64,000 bases of DNA from Antedon mediterranea. Its lineage: Eukaryota > Animalia > Echinodermata. Every line of letters starts with the position of its first letter. The stretch's first letter is position 1. Shown piece by piece: positions 13,501 through 26,720 of this stretch. The notes beneath the pieces are model-generated. The model was given only the letters and a program-made list of their open reading frames with translations, ran no database searches and had not been told where the DNA came from. The translations under genes were made by a program, and so were the position numbers. The stretch covers positions 33,982,437 to 34,046,436 of the forward strand of contig NC_092672.1 in assembly GCF_964355755.1 (NCBI RefSeq), given 5' to 3'.

Positions 13501-16500
13501 TACTTGGTATGGTGCAATAAATTGGAAAATGCAGTAAGCCAGTTGAGGATTAAAGAATTTTAACACAGTGCTGAAGAAAGTATGGTATGATCAAACAGTA
13601 GATAAATAACAAGTAATTCTCAGTGATATATCTCTAGACTCGTATTATAGTTAGTAATGTATTGTGACAATATTTATCCAGTATCACACAGACATATTCC
13701 CTAATAAATACAGCATCTCATGTGTATCACATGTTATAACTGTACTGTATGATGGAAGGTATATAAGGTTAAGGGTATATAATACAGGGGTCACATGTAT
13801 TTCATATATGAAGTAGTATCACACAATTTGCCATGATACTGTACCAAGAATCAGAAACTTGTTTTTCAAATGTACAAATGATTTTAATCCATGGCTTACT
13901 GTTTGCAAGGACTGTACAGAATAACAACATAATTCAAGAAAAAAAACATTCATTTATGATTGTGAGATATTTCATCATCGATGATGTGGCAACTACTTTT
14001 AAACTAAAATTACTTGTGTGGAAAAGCTGTAAATAATTATCTTTTTCTCAATTTATTTTTCTCTGATAATTGATTTCTAGTTTAAATCATAAAGTGTGCT
14101 AAAGTCTTGTGTAATAATAATCACCTTTGTTCGTGGTTTTCCTATATCAGGTAATATGTTTGGTATAAGACCATATAGGCATTAATAATACCTCCTTGTT
14201 AAGACCAAGTGGCCTGCAATCATAATCTACATGGTACTAAATACCGGTAAATAGTTTGATCTCCTTCCTATAAATCTCTTAACGATATCCGTAAAATTAT
14301 AATTTTACATCCTCTTTTCCTCGTAATATGATCTTTTAATATGAATAATAATAATATCTAATACCATAAATGGCATAGTTTTAAATAAATGGCATAGAAA
14401 GATAAATTAAATGGTAATTTGAATTGAATAACCACTATATAAATTATAATATCGTAAAAACATAAAAAGTTACCATATTTCATTTGAATAATTTATTTTA
14501 AAAATGGTAAAAACCTCTTTTTCTTTTATTTTAGGTTATTGATAATCAAACTAGCCTGTGTATTTTTAGATTTAAAAATCAGTATAAAATAATTTGACCT
14601 ACTTTGACGATAGATTGAAATGTTTTATCAAGATGTCCCACTCTTGATTTCAATATGAATATTTGATATTAATTCTTCCTTTTGAACACTTCATGAGATT
14701 TTGTTATTATATTTAATTAACGGTGTCACAGTCAAATGTATCAACATCAAAAATGTATTACAGAACAGTTCCTTTATGTGATGTGCTCATATATAGCACT
14801 TTTTTGTCAAACTACTTTATAGTGTAGACAGAGCTTAAGACTGCTGTGTATTCAACCCCTGTTGGTGTGTGTGGTGGTGTTTGGGGGGGGGGGGGACACC
14901 ACCATTATACTGAATATAAAACTGATATAAAAATAAAATAGTAATTACAGTAGTTAAACTCCTATCATGAGGACACTTTCTCAAGAAACAAATTAGAGGA
15001 AATACATATGTTTTAATCACTATATAATATTCAACCCCTATTCATGACACCACTTTTGAGGGACCACTTTGTTGGGTTATGAAGGTGTCCCATTAAGAGT
15101 TCTACTGACTATTATAATATAATAGGTATAATACAGCAGTTGTACCCAAAATAGGCAAGTCATATAAAAACCATTTAAAAACTACAAAGTTTCAAGCACA
15201 GTATTTACAAAGAATAAAAAAAGACAATGTTTATTGTGGTGTACTGTAGTCTAGGCTTTTATCACCACTAGACTGACAAGTACATGTAGACTGACAAGAT
15301 TATATATATTATTATTTGTTTTAGTTTATCAATATTAATAAACAGAGATTGTATCCAACCTACAGAAGTATCTCACTTGTTATCTATTTTTAGATCAACC
15401 TACCAAACAGTATAACAACTGCAGAATGCAATATCTAATATCAATTTATCAATTAATATCATTAAGGTGATGAATTGAAATAAAACTGCAATTCTCCACC
15501 TGCAATACTGTATAATATAATACGCAAAGGAAATATGACTGGACACTACCACTACAAAGCACCTTTGTGTTTAGCACTATGCCTACTGTATTATAGACAT
15601 AAATTTATTTGAAAAATCATACAGCCTATTTTTCTTTATGTCACTATGGAGTGAACCTGTCAGGAATACAGTAATTTCCCCAGGTGTACTGTAGCATTTA
15701 GCAAAAAAGGTATAATCAAGAAATATTTCACTTGACTTTTTAGTTTAATTATTGTTCTTTCTTCATTAAAAATATTATTTTTTTTTATCGATCTATATTT
15801 AATAATTTAAGAATTTAAGAAATGATTTATTGTCTGACCTGCTCTATTTAATCATAAAGCAGGGTCAATCGGGTGTTAAACACCTTACTGTTTTGAGGAT
15901 AACAAACTACAACTGTATTGCTACACATTATGCAATTGGGTTTTAAGTTAAAAATCCAATAAAAACTATGGATCTGGATTCAGAATACTGCTACACAAAA
16001 TTTAAAATGAATAGTATCTACAGTACAGTTTCCAATAAACCTAGCCAACTTTGTTTAATATAGTTAAATTAATGGTTCTGTTAATGGCATGCATTCTACC
16101 ATCAATCTCTTGTAGTGGACACAAAGATAAGCAAGTTAATGTATACACATGACTAAGAATAGTAATCAACTAGACGTGCTATAACTACCATGATGTCATC
16201 GGACATCTGATTAGCCTTAAGGCAGAACATTTTAATAATAAATGTAATATTAAAACTACTGCATCATTTTCTATTGATTCACTTTCTATAGCATCATTAT
16301 TACTGTACAGTACTGTAGGTCTTCTATATTTTAATTTTAGTCACTGAAACCTGGTTGAAATGTAAAACTGTAAAATGAAATAAACAATTTAAATACAACT
16401 CAATTCTTCATTATTGAATACAATTTTCTTTCAATTTCTTTTTATAAAAAAATATATTAACATTAACAATTGAGTGACTCTAGAAATTAAGAAGAGAAAT

Positions 16501-17445
16501 AAACCATCTTACAACTTACATTCAAAAAGTTTTTATTAACAAAATCAAAATTAATCAACTGCCTGTGCACCGAAAGTGAATAGATTTCAAAAGGACAATA
16601 AAAACTTGGGGCTACCGGTAAATTAATTTGATTAAATTTAACAAACTGCCCAACAAGAAGCTGTTGAATTTAAGCTACTAATTAGTAATATTTAAATCAT
16701 TCTAACTAGGCCTAGTATTAGTATTTTATAGTGACAAATTCAAACAAAGACATTATCTCCAAATAATTAATAATTATTAATATTAATATTACGAAAGAAA
16801 ATGATGATGGTGGTACGTTGGTACGTTCCCACATGAGGGCGTGGTTGTGCACTGGTCCATTATAATACAGGGGTGTTCTAGGAATTTTTCACTTTCGTAT
16901 CTAGCCCTCCCTCTGGAGAGCACGGGCTATTGTCGGTTTATACAGGTAAGCTAGGCACGATAAAGACTAATAATATTAATTTTAAATATTAATTTTAAAT
17001 AACAAAAAAAGACAAAAAATCTCTGGTTTTCTGTTCCTTTCCAAAATAAGACGCACTGCCTTGCACTACAGCAGTACATACAGACCTCCTGGGCCCCCTA
17101 CTAGACTACAAATAATAATATGATAATAATAATTAATAATTATAAAGACAAATCTTTGGTTCTGTAAGTCCGAAAAAATACTGTATTTTTACCCGGGGCT
17201 AGGCTCGAAATTTCTCTCTGGTCAGTCATCGTTGTCGTCCGACCAGTTGCCAACGACATGCGTCTGTATGTACGGATCGCGCGCCAGAGGTAGGCCTAAT
17301 ATTAATAAGCTAGCTAGCACGATAGCCTAATAAAATTCTAGTCTGCACACATTTATTATTATATACGAAATGTTGATGTTCTGTACTCATTATATAATAA
17401 AAATGTTATCTTTTTTAAAAGACATGGAATAAGAGGTTTACTTAC

Positions 17446-17625
17446 AATGTTTAGCACCGTTTTTGCCGTAAAATAGACGACGAACCTGTCGTCAAGGCTG
17501 TCTCTGTTCTCTCCTTCATCAAAAATTCACGCTTCATTTGTTTTGTGTACACACACGACGTCACACACACACACTGCGCGGTCGTTTTTTCAAATGCTAA
17601 TTACGGAAGAGATGACGTAATTTGA
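17446..17625 (-). promoter_or_regulatory. Putative ABCB1 non-coding first exon and promoter
   Basis: The ATG exon has a splice acceptor at 10357-10358, so an upstream exon must exist. There is a minus-strand GTAAGT donor at 17440-17445 followed by a CpG-enriched patch with CRE-like GACGTCA and TGACGTAA (about 17557-17620). Assignment is inference. Confidence 0.4.
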
Positions 17626-17861
17626 CCAAGAAACGTTGAACCATGATTTTTACAGATTTTTCATTTACATTTTTAAAATTAAAATATAAAATATTTATAA
17701 ATCATTTGAGCACATGTGCCTTGCGAACAACTTCTTAAAATAATATTCCTCATTTGTAAATCATTGTCATCAGATGTTTGTAAGCTCATAACAGCATGGA
17801 GGCAATTAATTATTGTATGCATAGGCCTAGTTAATTATAATATGTAAAAGCCCATTTTAGG

Positions 17862-18895
17862 TATAATAATGTATAGGCCCATTTAATTAAAATAATATAT
17901 AGGCCTATTTAATTAAAATAATGTATAGGCCCATTTAATTAAAATAATATATAGGCCCATTTAATCAAAATAATGTATAGGCCCACTTAATTAAAATAAT
18001 GTATAGGCCCATTTAATTAAAATAATGTATAGGCCCATTTAATTAAAATAATGTATAGGCCCATTTAATTAAATAATGTATAGGCCCATTTAATTAAAAT
18101 AATGTATAGGCCCATTTAATTAAATAATGTATAGGCCCATTTAATTAAAATAATGTATAGGCCCATTTAATTACAATAATGTATAGGCCCATTTAATTAA
18201 AATAATGTATAGGCCCATTTAATTAAAATAATGTATAGGCCCATTTAATTACAATAATGTATAGGCCCATTTAATTACAATAATGTATAGGCCCATTTAA
18301 TTAAAATAATGTATAGGCCCATTTAATTAAAATAATGTATAGGCCCATTTAATTAAAATAATGTATAGGCCCATTTAATTAAATAATGTATAGGCCCATT
18401 TAATTAAAATAATGTATAGGCCCATTTAATTAAATAATGTATAGGCCCATTTAATTACAATAATGTATAGGCCCATTTAATTAAAATAATGTATAGGCCC
18501 ATTTAATTAAAATAATGTATAGGCCCATTTAATTAAAATAATGTATAGGCCCATTTAATTACAATAATGTATAGGCCCATTTAATTACAATAATGTATAG
18601 GCCCATTTAATTACAATAATGTATAGGCCCATTTAATTAAAATAATGTATAGGCCCATTTAATTAAAATAATGTATAGGCCCATATAATTAAAATAATGT
18701 ATAGGCCCATTTAATTACAATAATGTATAGGCCCATTTAATTACAATAATGTATAGGCCCATTTAATTACAATAATGTAAAGGCCCATTTAATTAAAATA
18801 ATGTATAGGCCCATTTAATTACAATAATTAATATATAGGCCCATTTAAAAATAATATGTACGTATAAGCCAATTTAATTATAATAGGCCCATTTA
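17862..18895. repeat. Minisatellite, 26-bp unit GTATAGGCCCATTTAATTAAAATAAT, about 40 copies
   Basis: Period of 26 (18001, 18027, 18053 and onward); very homogeneous, with A/C and single-base deletion variants. Confidence 0.97.
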
Positions 18896-20211
18896 CTTAT
18901 ACGCAGCTGTTGTAAGGAGACTCGCACGACATTATTCGCGTGAAGTTGTTGTAAAGTATAATATTTGTTGGTGAGTTACGTACGTGGTGGTAAATAAAAA
19001 GTACGTGTTCGTGTATAAAACAGAAACTGACATTATATATAATATTGGTAAAAGCGGGAAAAGGGGAGAGGGAAATGTTTTTTACACGTGTCGTGTTATA
19101 GTTAGACTTGCCCCAAGTCTGTATTCTATTTATTGTCTTTTTTTTATATTTATTTGTTTTTATTTCGACCGCGATTAAACTCAAGTAATACAAGTATGAA
19201 ACGCCATATGTGCAAAAATATTTATATTTTTACAAAACTCCGTCTCTGGAGCCCAGACTATGTTATAGTCTACGTGATTATGACTCATTCTAAAAAAAGT
19301 ACAGTACTAAATTTGGCTATGACACGAGATTTATTTGTAATAGATGACGTCATGCGTACTTGCCCTGAAAGTAAAAAAAAAAAGCTTAAATATTTAAAAT
19401 GCATTATTACAATTAATATAAGTGAGAGCGTGTAGCCGCCATGGAATCTATTCATGGTGTGGCCAATGTTGCCCGCGTCTGCCGAAGGTTATCGAGGGGC
19501 CGGGGGAAAGATCACGTACATGAGTCGTTTTTATGAATTTCTTCTGTACGCGCGCTCCTCCTATCTGTCTGTCTCCCCACTCCCCCCACTCATTTTTGAT
19601 CAATTATATTTCATACAGGTTGATCATGGAGGTACAGATTACATATTGTAACTCCATGGGTTTAGATCACATGCTGCATATATTTACATAGAGTATACAA
19701 GTAGGAAGCACGTGATTCTTGATTTCGGGTGTAATTTTTTTTATGGCTCACCTATATTTACATTATTTATTTATAATCCTCATCAAGATTCTTGCTACTT
19801 GACGATAAATGACACTTGGCAGATATCCAAACTTGGTATCCCTTGCAATATTATCCATAAAAGGAAATATGATGACGTCACAATGCCATCTCAATTAAAA
19901 CGGCGCTTTTGTCGACCAATCACGTACATGTACACACACAGACAATAGTACAAAAGAGAACTAAATTTGAGGTTTTAATATTGACATATTAACGTTTATT
20001 GTATTTCTTTAGGGTGACTATTGTCAGAAAAAAATCACATGAATCGTGCCTCTTGCAATATTTCCATAAAAGGAAACATGACGTCACACGGTCATAGCTC
20101 AATTATAATTGATGGGTGCTTGTCTCGACCAGTCATGTATGTATAAATACAGACAAACTAAATATAAAAAAAACAGAACTAAATTAATTTAAATATATTT
20201 TATTTTTAATA

Positions 20212-20621
20212 CCGTATTTATTCGAATAAACGATAGAATATTGTTAGGAATAAACTCCCCCTTCAATTAAACTCCCCGGGGCCTTTATTTTTTTGCTATA
20301 AAATGCCCCACCACATGCATTACTGTACATATTGTGTGTAACACATTTCTATTTGTAGTAGAATTCACTGACTTCTATGTGATCTACAATAATGACCAAT
20401 AATTTTTACTCTATTTTATCACTTCTTAATATTAATTGTGTTATATATTTTTTTATATTTAGGTAGAATTTTTTGATTATAGACTAAATGTTCCATAATA
20501 TTTACACTCACAAAAATAAGCGACTCCCTCGAATAAACACCTCCCCCAAATAAACACCTCCCCCAAATAAACAATGCCCCATTTTTTTTTTACAAAAACC
20601 CGTTTATTCCAGTAAATACGG
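20212..20621. mobile_element. Tc1/mariner (Tc2/pogo-like) MITE
   Basis: TA|CCGTATTTATTCGAATAAACG…CGTTTATTCCAGTAAATACGG|TA. Confidence 0.82.
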
Positions 20622-21799
20622 TATGTGTGTTTTTCAGGGTGACTCTTCTAGACATTCTTTATATTTTTTTAACAGGTAGGCGAACTGTTCTGTGCTAAGA
20701 AATGCCCGTATTTCTTCTTCTTCCTTTGTAATGTATGGTCTGTATGCATTTCTTGTCAAACTATATTTAGGCCATATCTTAGTTGCCAAAGCTAGTCTGT
20801 CTACACTATCAAACTTTATGTGACAACAACACGTGATGTTCACATTATATGGACATGATGATGTCATATCACTACCATAATTTAAGCATATCACGGTCAC
20901 ACTTTTTTTGTCAAACTAGTTTTGAGTTTTTATATTTATTTTGTTTTGCTACACTATCAAACTAGTTTGACAAAAAAAGTGTGCGCTTAAACCATAAACT
21001 GGTATTTAACCCGAAAATAGACATCAGAAGCAATATCTATAAACCTCCCTGGCGATCGAAGTACCAACCTAACTGTGAATTTATCACCCTTTACAATCAT
21101 TAAACAAGAAATATTTCTTACAAAAAACGCCGCGTAACTTTTTGACTGGACAGTCTTCATTAATCTAATATAATAGGTCGGCCAATCAAAACGCAAGTGA
21201 ACAATTGGGACTTTACTTGTGATTTATGTCATTGGCCTGTCAGCACAGTCGTTTCTTTCTAGAATTAAACGCACAAACTTGTATTGGGTATAATTTATGT
21301 TTATGTGGTTATTACTATCGCATTTAGGTATTGATAATAATAATAATATGGCTTTTGAATATATAATTACTGTCTGTAGAATAACATTTATACATTTTCG
21401 GTTCGCGATGAAAAGTTATATGAATGGATTTGTAATAGGTATTTATAATAATAGTATATGGGTTGTATTATTGATAAGCTATCACCAAATCGCGTTATAC
21501 CATTATTTCTCAGGGTTTTTTGCACCATTGATCAATACCAAACGCGTATCGGTATTATAGTTTTTAATGAATCATTACATTAATAAAAATACCCAATTAA
21601 ATCAATCGCGTCAGTCCAATTCCGACTTATGTGTCTACACTGTCCCAACTAGTTTAACAAAAAAAGTGTGATGTGCCCAAATATGGTAGTGATATGCCCG
21701 AATATCGTAGTGGACATCGTCATGTCTATATAATAATATGGGCACATTATATTTAGTTTGATAGTATAGACAGAGCTTAAGGATTATATTTAAAAAATG

Positions 21800-22890
21800 T
21801 TTTCTTACATTTTGAAAAAAAGTATTTATTTGTTTATAAGCCCAATTTTCCAGTCTTAATTTTACATTTTGAAAAAAAAGTATTTTATTTGTTGATAAGC
21901 CCAATTGTGCAGTCTTATTTTACATTTTGAACAAAAGTATTTATTTGTTGAGCCTAAGCCCAATTTTGCAGTCTTATTTTACATTTTAAACGAAAGTATT
22001 TATTTGTTGATAAGCCGAATTTCCAATTTAATAATAATGACCCCTTCCACAGTGCTTATACCATATATATTTTACATGATATTGACCGTGGGTTCTTTAC
22101 GCCTCTGATGCATTTGTTTTTATTGTACCTTTTTAATAAATTATTATATGTTTAGGCCTAATCACACCCAATTTAATGAAACGGTCAGATTCCGATTTCA
22201 ATTGAACAAAAGTAGTACTGTATTTATTATTCATTGATAAGCCAAGGGTCCCATGGCGTTAGCCGATATCTTGAGCATTTGACTCATGTGTCAACCTGTA
22301 ACACAAATCATTCTTCAAAATCGAAAGAAAGAACCTCACACGTCTTTTTTGTGAGTGATGGATATGCCCACGGAAATAATATGTGGACATTGCAAACAAT
22401 CATAGGCCTACAGTAACAAACATAACATGGCTAATAAGCATAACATTCAGACTTGTTTGTTTTCTAGTGGATTTTTATTTACTTTAGCATGTAGAATAAA
22501 ACTAGTAACAGTGGCTATATTAATAATTATACTGATTATCCTTGATGTTATCGCGTCTAATAATAAAATATTTTGTTGTTGATAAGCCCAATTTTTCAGC
22601 CTTGATTTTACATTTTGAACGAAAGTATTTATTTGTTGATAAGCCCAATTTTGCAGTCTTAATAATGACCCTTCCACAGTGCATTTTACATGATATTGAC
22701 CGAGGGTTTTTACGCCTCTATAGCCACTGATCAATACCATAATTAATGTACTTTTTTAAATGAATATTGAAATGTTTCAACATACCCAATAAAAAAAATG
22801 GTCCGTTTTCGAGTTCAATCTTTTAGAGAGGTTGGAGTTTCATTTTGAACGAAAGTATTTATTTGATTGTGATAAGCCAAATTTCTAGTC
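21800..22890 (+). repeat. Cluster of ~58-bp repeats (GATAAGCCCAATTTT…TACATTTTGAA…TATTTATTTGTT) in several related blocks
   Basis: About 4 tandem units at 21800-22030, 2 at 22570-22665 and a partial one at 22840-22890. The downstream AATAATGACC..TTCCACAGTGC…TGATATTGACCG segment is duplicated. Confidence 0.75.
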
Positions 22891-23081
22891 CTAATGATTT
22901 GAGATTCAACGGGTTTTGCTTTCAATTGTATAATAACAGCCACATGTTAAGGAATATGAATCTCTTTATGATTTTAATATGGTTCGAAATGATATTACAC
23001 AACGATTAGACAGCAACTGTGCAAGAGTCCAACTAATAAAATGAAAACGGAATGATCAATTAATTGAACATTTACAGCATA

Positions 23082-23442
23082 AGGCCCATACACTAGGACG
23101 ATAACGATCGACGATAAATAGACAAATGTGCATTTTTAATACATAAACCAAAAGAAATATAAACAATTCCTTTGATGAAAATTATATTTTCACACGTCCA
23201 ATCAAATGACGTCATGATTAGTAAGACCAATAATATCGTGACAATACAGCGATTTTATTGTTTTTATTTATCATGACGTCATTTGATTGGAATTTGAAAA
23301 ACATTATTTTTATCAAAGGCAGCATAAATGATTATCCTATAGGTCTAGAACGAAAACCTTTCTAATTTCTTTTGGTTTATGTAAAAAAAATGCATGCTAT
23401 ATATTTATCGTCCGTCGTTATCGTCATAGTGTAATTGGGCCT
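23082..23442. mobile_element. Harbinger-like palindromic MITE
   Basis: AGGCCCATACACTAGGACGATAACG…CGTTATCGTCATAGTGTAATTGGGCCT; inner CCAATCAAATGACGTCATGA and TCATGACGTCATTTGATTGG form a further inverted pair. Confidence 0.8.
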
Positions 23443-24574
23443 TTATACAAAAAAAAATAAATTGATTACGAAGTTACATGTCATTTTCACCTATCACCAA
23501 AAAACTAACCTTTTCAACACTAATTAATTGTTACGAAGCCAATTTATATTATATATTTCATTAATGAACTTTACGGTAAATGAAGAGTAAGTATCAGTTA
23601 ATATGAATAATATAACTAGTAGGTCTATGAAGTTGCGTTCAGACACAGAACTGTGACATTACTATCATAAATGTTGAAACCACTTATAAAACCTTTTTTT
23701 AAAGAAAATATAATTGTGTTAGGAGAAGGCGAATAAACAAATAGATAATGTACAAACCTTTTTCTGGATTAATTAATGGAGCAGGTGTTCCTAATAATCT
23801 TCTGCTGCTACCTAGACTGATTGTTCACCTTCTGACGATAATTGATTGGACCCCCCACGGCATCTGATAACCAACAAAAAATGTACCAGGACTGTTTCAA
23901 TGATTTAATATCTGACGGCGTATTATTATAACATTGGCCTAGATTGACAGTCAAAACGAAGTTATTGTAAATACCTCCCTTTATGTTGACAGAGCCAAAA
24001 TAAAGTTTTGACCATTATCGAATGATTATTTGACAGTGATTTATTATAATACCGGCCTGGTTGACAGCAAAAACGAAGTTATTATTTATTGAACAAGATT
24101 TTACAGATTTCCGTCTACATCTCAATAATACTGTATTATCAGCAAAGGCTTTCATATAGACTCTCTTCTCCCAGACGTTTTTTGGGTCCAGCAGCTACCT
24201 ATAAATTATAGTCGAGTTTCCAAATTCACAAAACTGTCAGCCTTAGATACTAAAGCTACCGCTATTAAACAGCTTATTAATGAATGTGTCCTCCTGGGAC
24301 ATAGCTGGCTAGAGCCGCGGCGCGAAAAATTGAAAATTATCAGCCTGGGAGGTGGCTACAAATTGTTTGATACCACTGCACCTGTTATCAAAATGACAGA
24401 TTTGATCATCAGTCCCCTAATGCGTACTTATAGAGAAACTACCATTTGTTGTAGTAGGCCTACATACTGTATTTAATTTTCCCTCGTCATCCGGCGTGGA
24501 GTGAGCTATTTTAGTTAGGCTATATTGTCTGCTGCCGCTCTTTCAGCCATAAAGTACAGAATAAAAGAGGGTGT

Positions 24575-24750
24575 CTAGAAAACTCAGATCTCAGATATAT
24601 CTGACTTTTCTAGATCTAGAAAGCTCAGATATCCAACTTCTCTAGATCTAGAAAACTCAGCTCAAATTTTAGTTAGTGTTTACCGACCGACCGACCAACC
24701 AACCGACCGACATAGTAAGCTGTAGAGTCGCGTTTGCACGCGACTAAAAA
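24575..24750. mobile_element. End of a Helentron/HINE (DINE-1-like) non-autonomous element
   Basis: Short TCTAGAAAACTCAG repeats, a (CCGA/CCAA)n microsatellite, hairpin AGTCGCG-TTTGCA-CGCGACT, then an A-run. Confidence 0.55.
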
Positions 24751-26465
24751 GTTTGACAAACTGAAATCTGTAGAGGGCAGCAGACTATAATTTTGATGAT
24801 TGTTTTAATGGACCTTTCCATTTTTCCCTGAAAGTAAAAAATGTGTAGCAATATAATTTGAAAATCAATAAATGGAAAGTAATAGCATTGATAAAAATGA
24901 TAAATATGAATATGACAATGTTAAATATCATGATAAACTTGATCATGATTATGGTGATTTAATGAACATACAGTTACTATAACTGGTATCTATAATGATG
25001 TGACAGAATTTGTGCTCCCAAATGACTATTTTAATTTAGTGGTTGCCAAAATACAATGCATTCAGGTGGTCAAACGGTCAAGATACCACAACTGTCAATT
25101 AAATACCCATTATTTTGCGGTTGCAGCTAAAGGTTGTACAGCAACAAACCGGTTAAATGGCATTCTTATAACCCCCAATCGTTTGTAACTGTTACTTTAC
25201 AAAAATCATGTTATTGAATATTTGTCCTGTTTCTGCAATTTTGTTAAATTTGAAACTGTAACCATTCACAACTATTTAGACTCATTCATTCACTTTTTTC
25301 GTTTTGTTGCAACTCTGTAATCTTTAAATTTTCTCTGTGTCTCATGAAACAAACGTTGAGAGACAAAAGCTTGCAAACATTTAATGAAAACAGATGAATG
25401 TTGTTGGCAGGCCAAGCTTAACAATGAATTTATAATTATAATTGTACATTGTTCAGAACTAAAGTTAATGTTATTGTTACTGTATTTTATTGTTCATACT
25501 ACTTTTTATACCATTTTAATAAAAATGTTCATTTCATTTTTATTGTTCCACATAAAATTAATAAAGATCAAGATAAAAAACCTAGTTAAGTCTTTGTTTG
25601 TGTGTGGAAACTCAAATAAGACAAAAAGGGCTTTAAGGGTGAGTTTCCAAAAGACATTACATTGTGCATGGTAACATAAAATTGGTTTATAAAAAAGGTT
25701 TCGCTAGGGAAAAGCAATTAATTCCATTTAATTGGACAATAAGTAATAATAAATAAAAGTAAAAAGAAAAAAAAGTGAAAGTAAAATAATAAAGTTATCT
25801 TGTAATCTGGTACACCTTTATTTTAATTCTTGGTGCCCATGACTGCGATATCATCTTCTGATTCCATGGCACCTCATTCAAGCAGACATGGATCGGCTCT
25901 AGACACTGAAAATGCATCCAACGTGTCCAAGTACATAATAAATACAGTTATAGTATATTCCTTTCAACATACTTTTTAGTTTATAAAATCTTTAAATAAT
26001 TCTATACAATATTTATTAAATATCCATTTGAAACCAGATGACATTTTTTGAGAATATACAATATTGGTTTAGCAATTCAAGCCTGTGTTATCCAGGTAGT
26101 ATTATTTGAGAACAGCCGGTTATGAAACACTTTAAGCATAACCCACACCTCAGGCATGAGTTAGATCATCATGGAGCTTTGTAATCTACAGGTCCATGGT
26201 TAGATGTCCTATCATTTGTACCTTTTTAACTAAATTGAATACTATAGTATAGAGGACATTAAAACCAATTATTCAAAATAACCTACAAAACAATATAATT
26301 TAAAAAGAAAAATTATATAATTGGCACAATTTAAAGATATTATTAAATAATATAGAAAGAGACTGTTTATTTATGCCAATAGAGTTTCTTTCTTTATCTC
26401 TGACAATACCTAATAAAACAACCATGGAATGTATTGATAGAAGACAATCAGTGGACTCAACCTAA

Positions 26466-26606
26466 AGCTCTGTCTACACTATCAAACTAGTTTGACAAAA
26501 AAAGTGTGATGTGCCCAAATATGATAGATATATGACATCATTATGTCCATATATGGGCACATCACATTTGTTTGTCACATAAAGTTTTTATAGTTTAGAC
26601 AGAGCT
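26466..26606. mobile_element. Family-A MITE, full copy in the DERL2 3' region
   Basis: TAA|AGCTCTGTCTACACTATCAAACT…TAGTTTAGACAGAGCT|TAA. Confidence 0.88.
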
Positions 26607-26720
26607 TAAAATAGTAAAACAAAAATTCAAGTGTTTGTTTCTGTAAAAATGGGAAATTTAAGATCAAAATATATTTGTATAAATCCTCGGGTCAAATCAG
26701 ATAGATGCTGATAGATGTCA

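Noticed and set aside
24765-24785. CTCF-like motif (TGTAGAGGGCAGC; similar ones near 37783 and 46965)
   Set aside because: Partial matches only; they cannot be supported without motif scoring or ChIP data.
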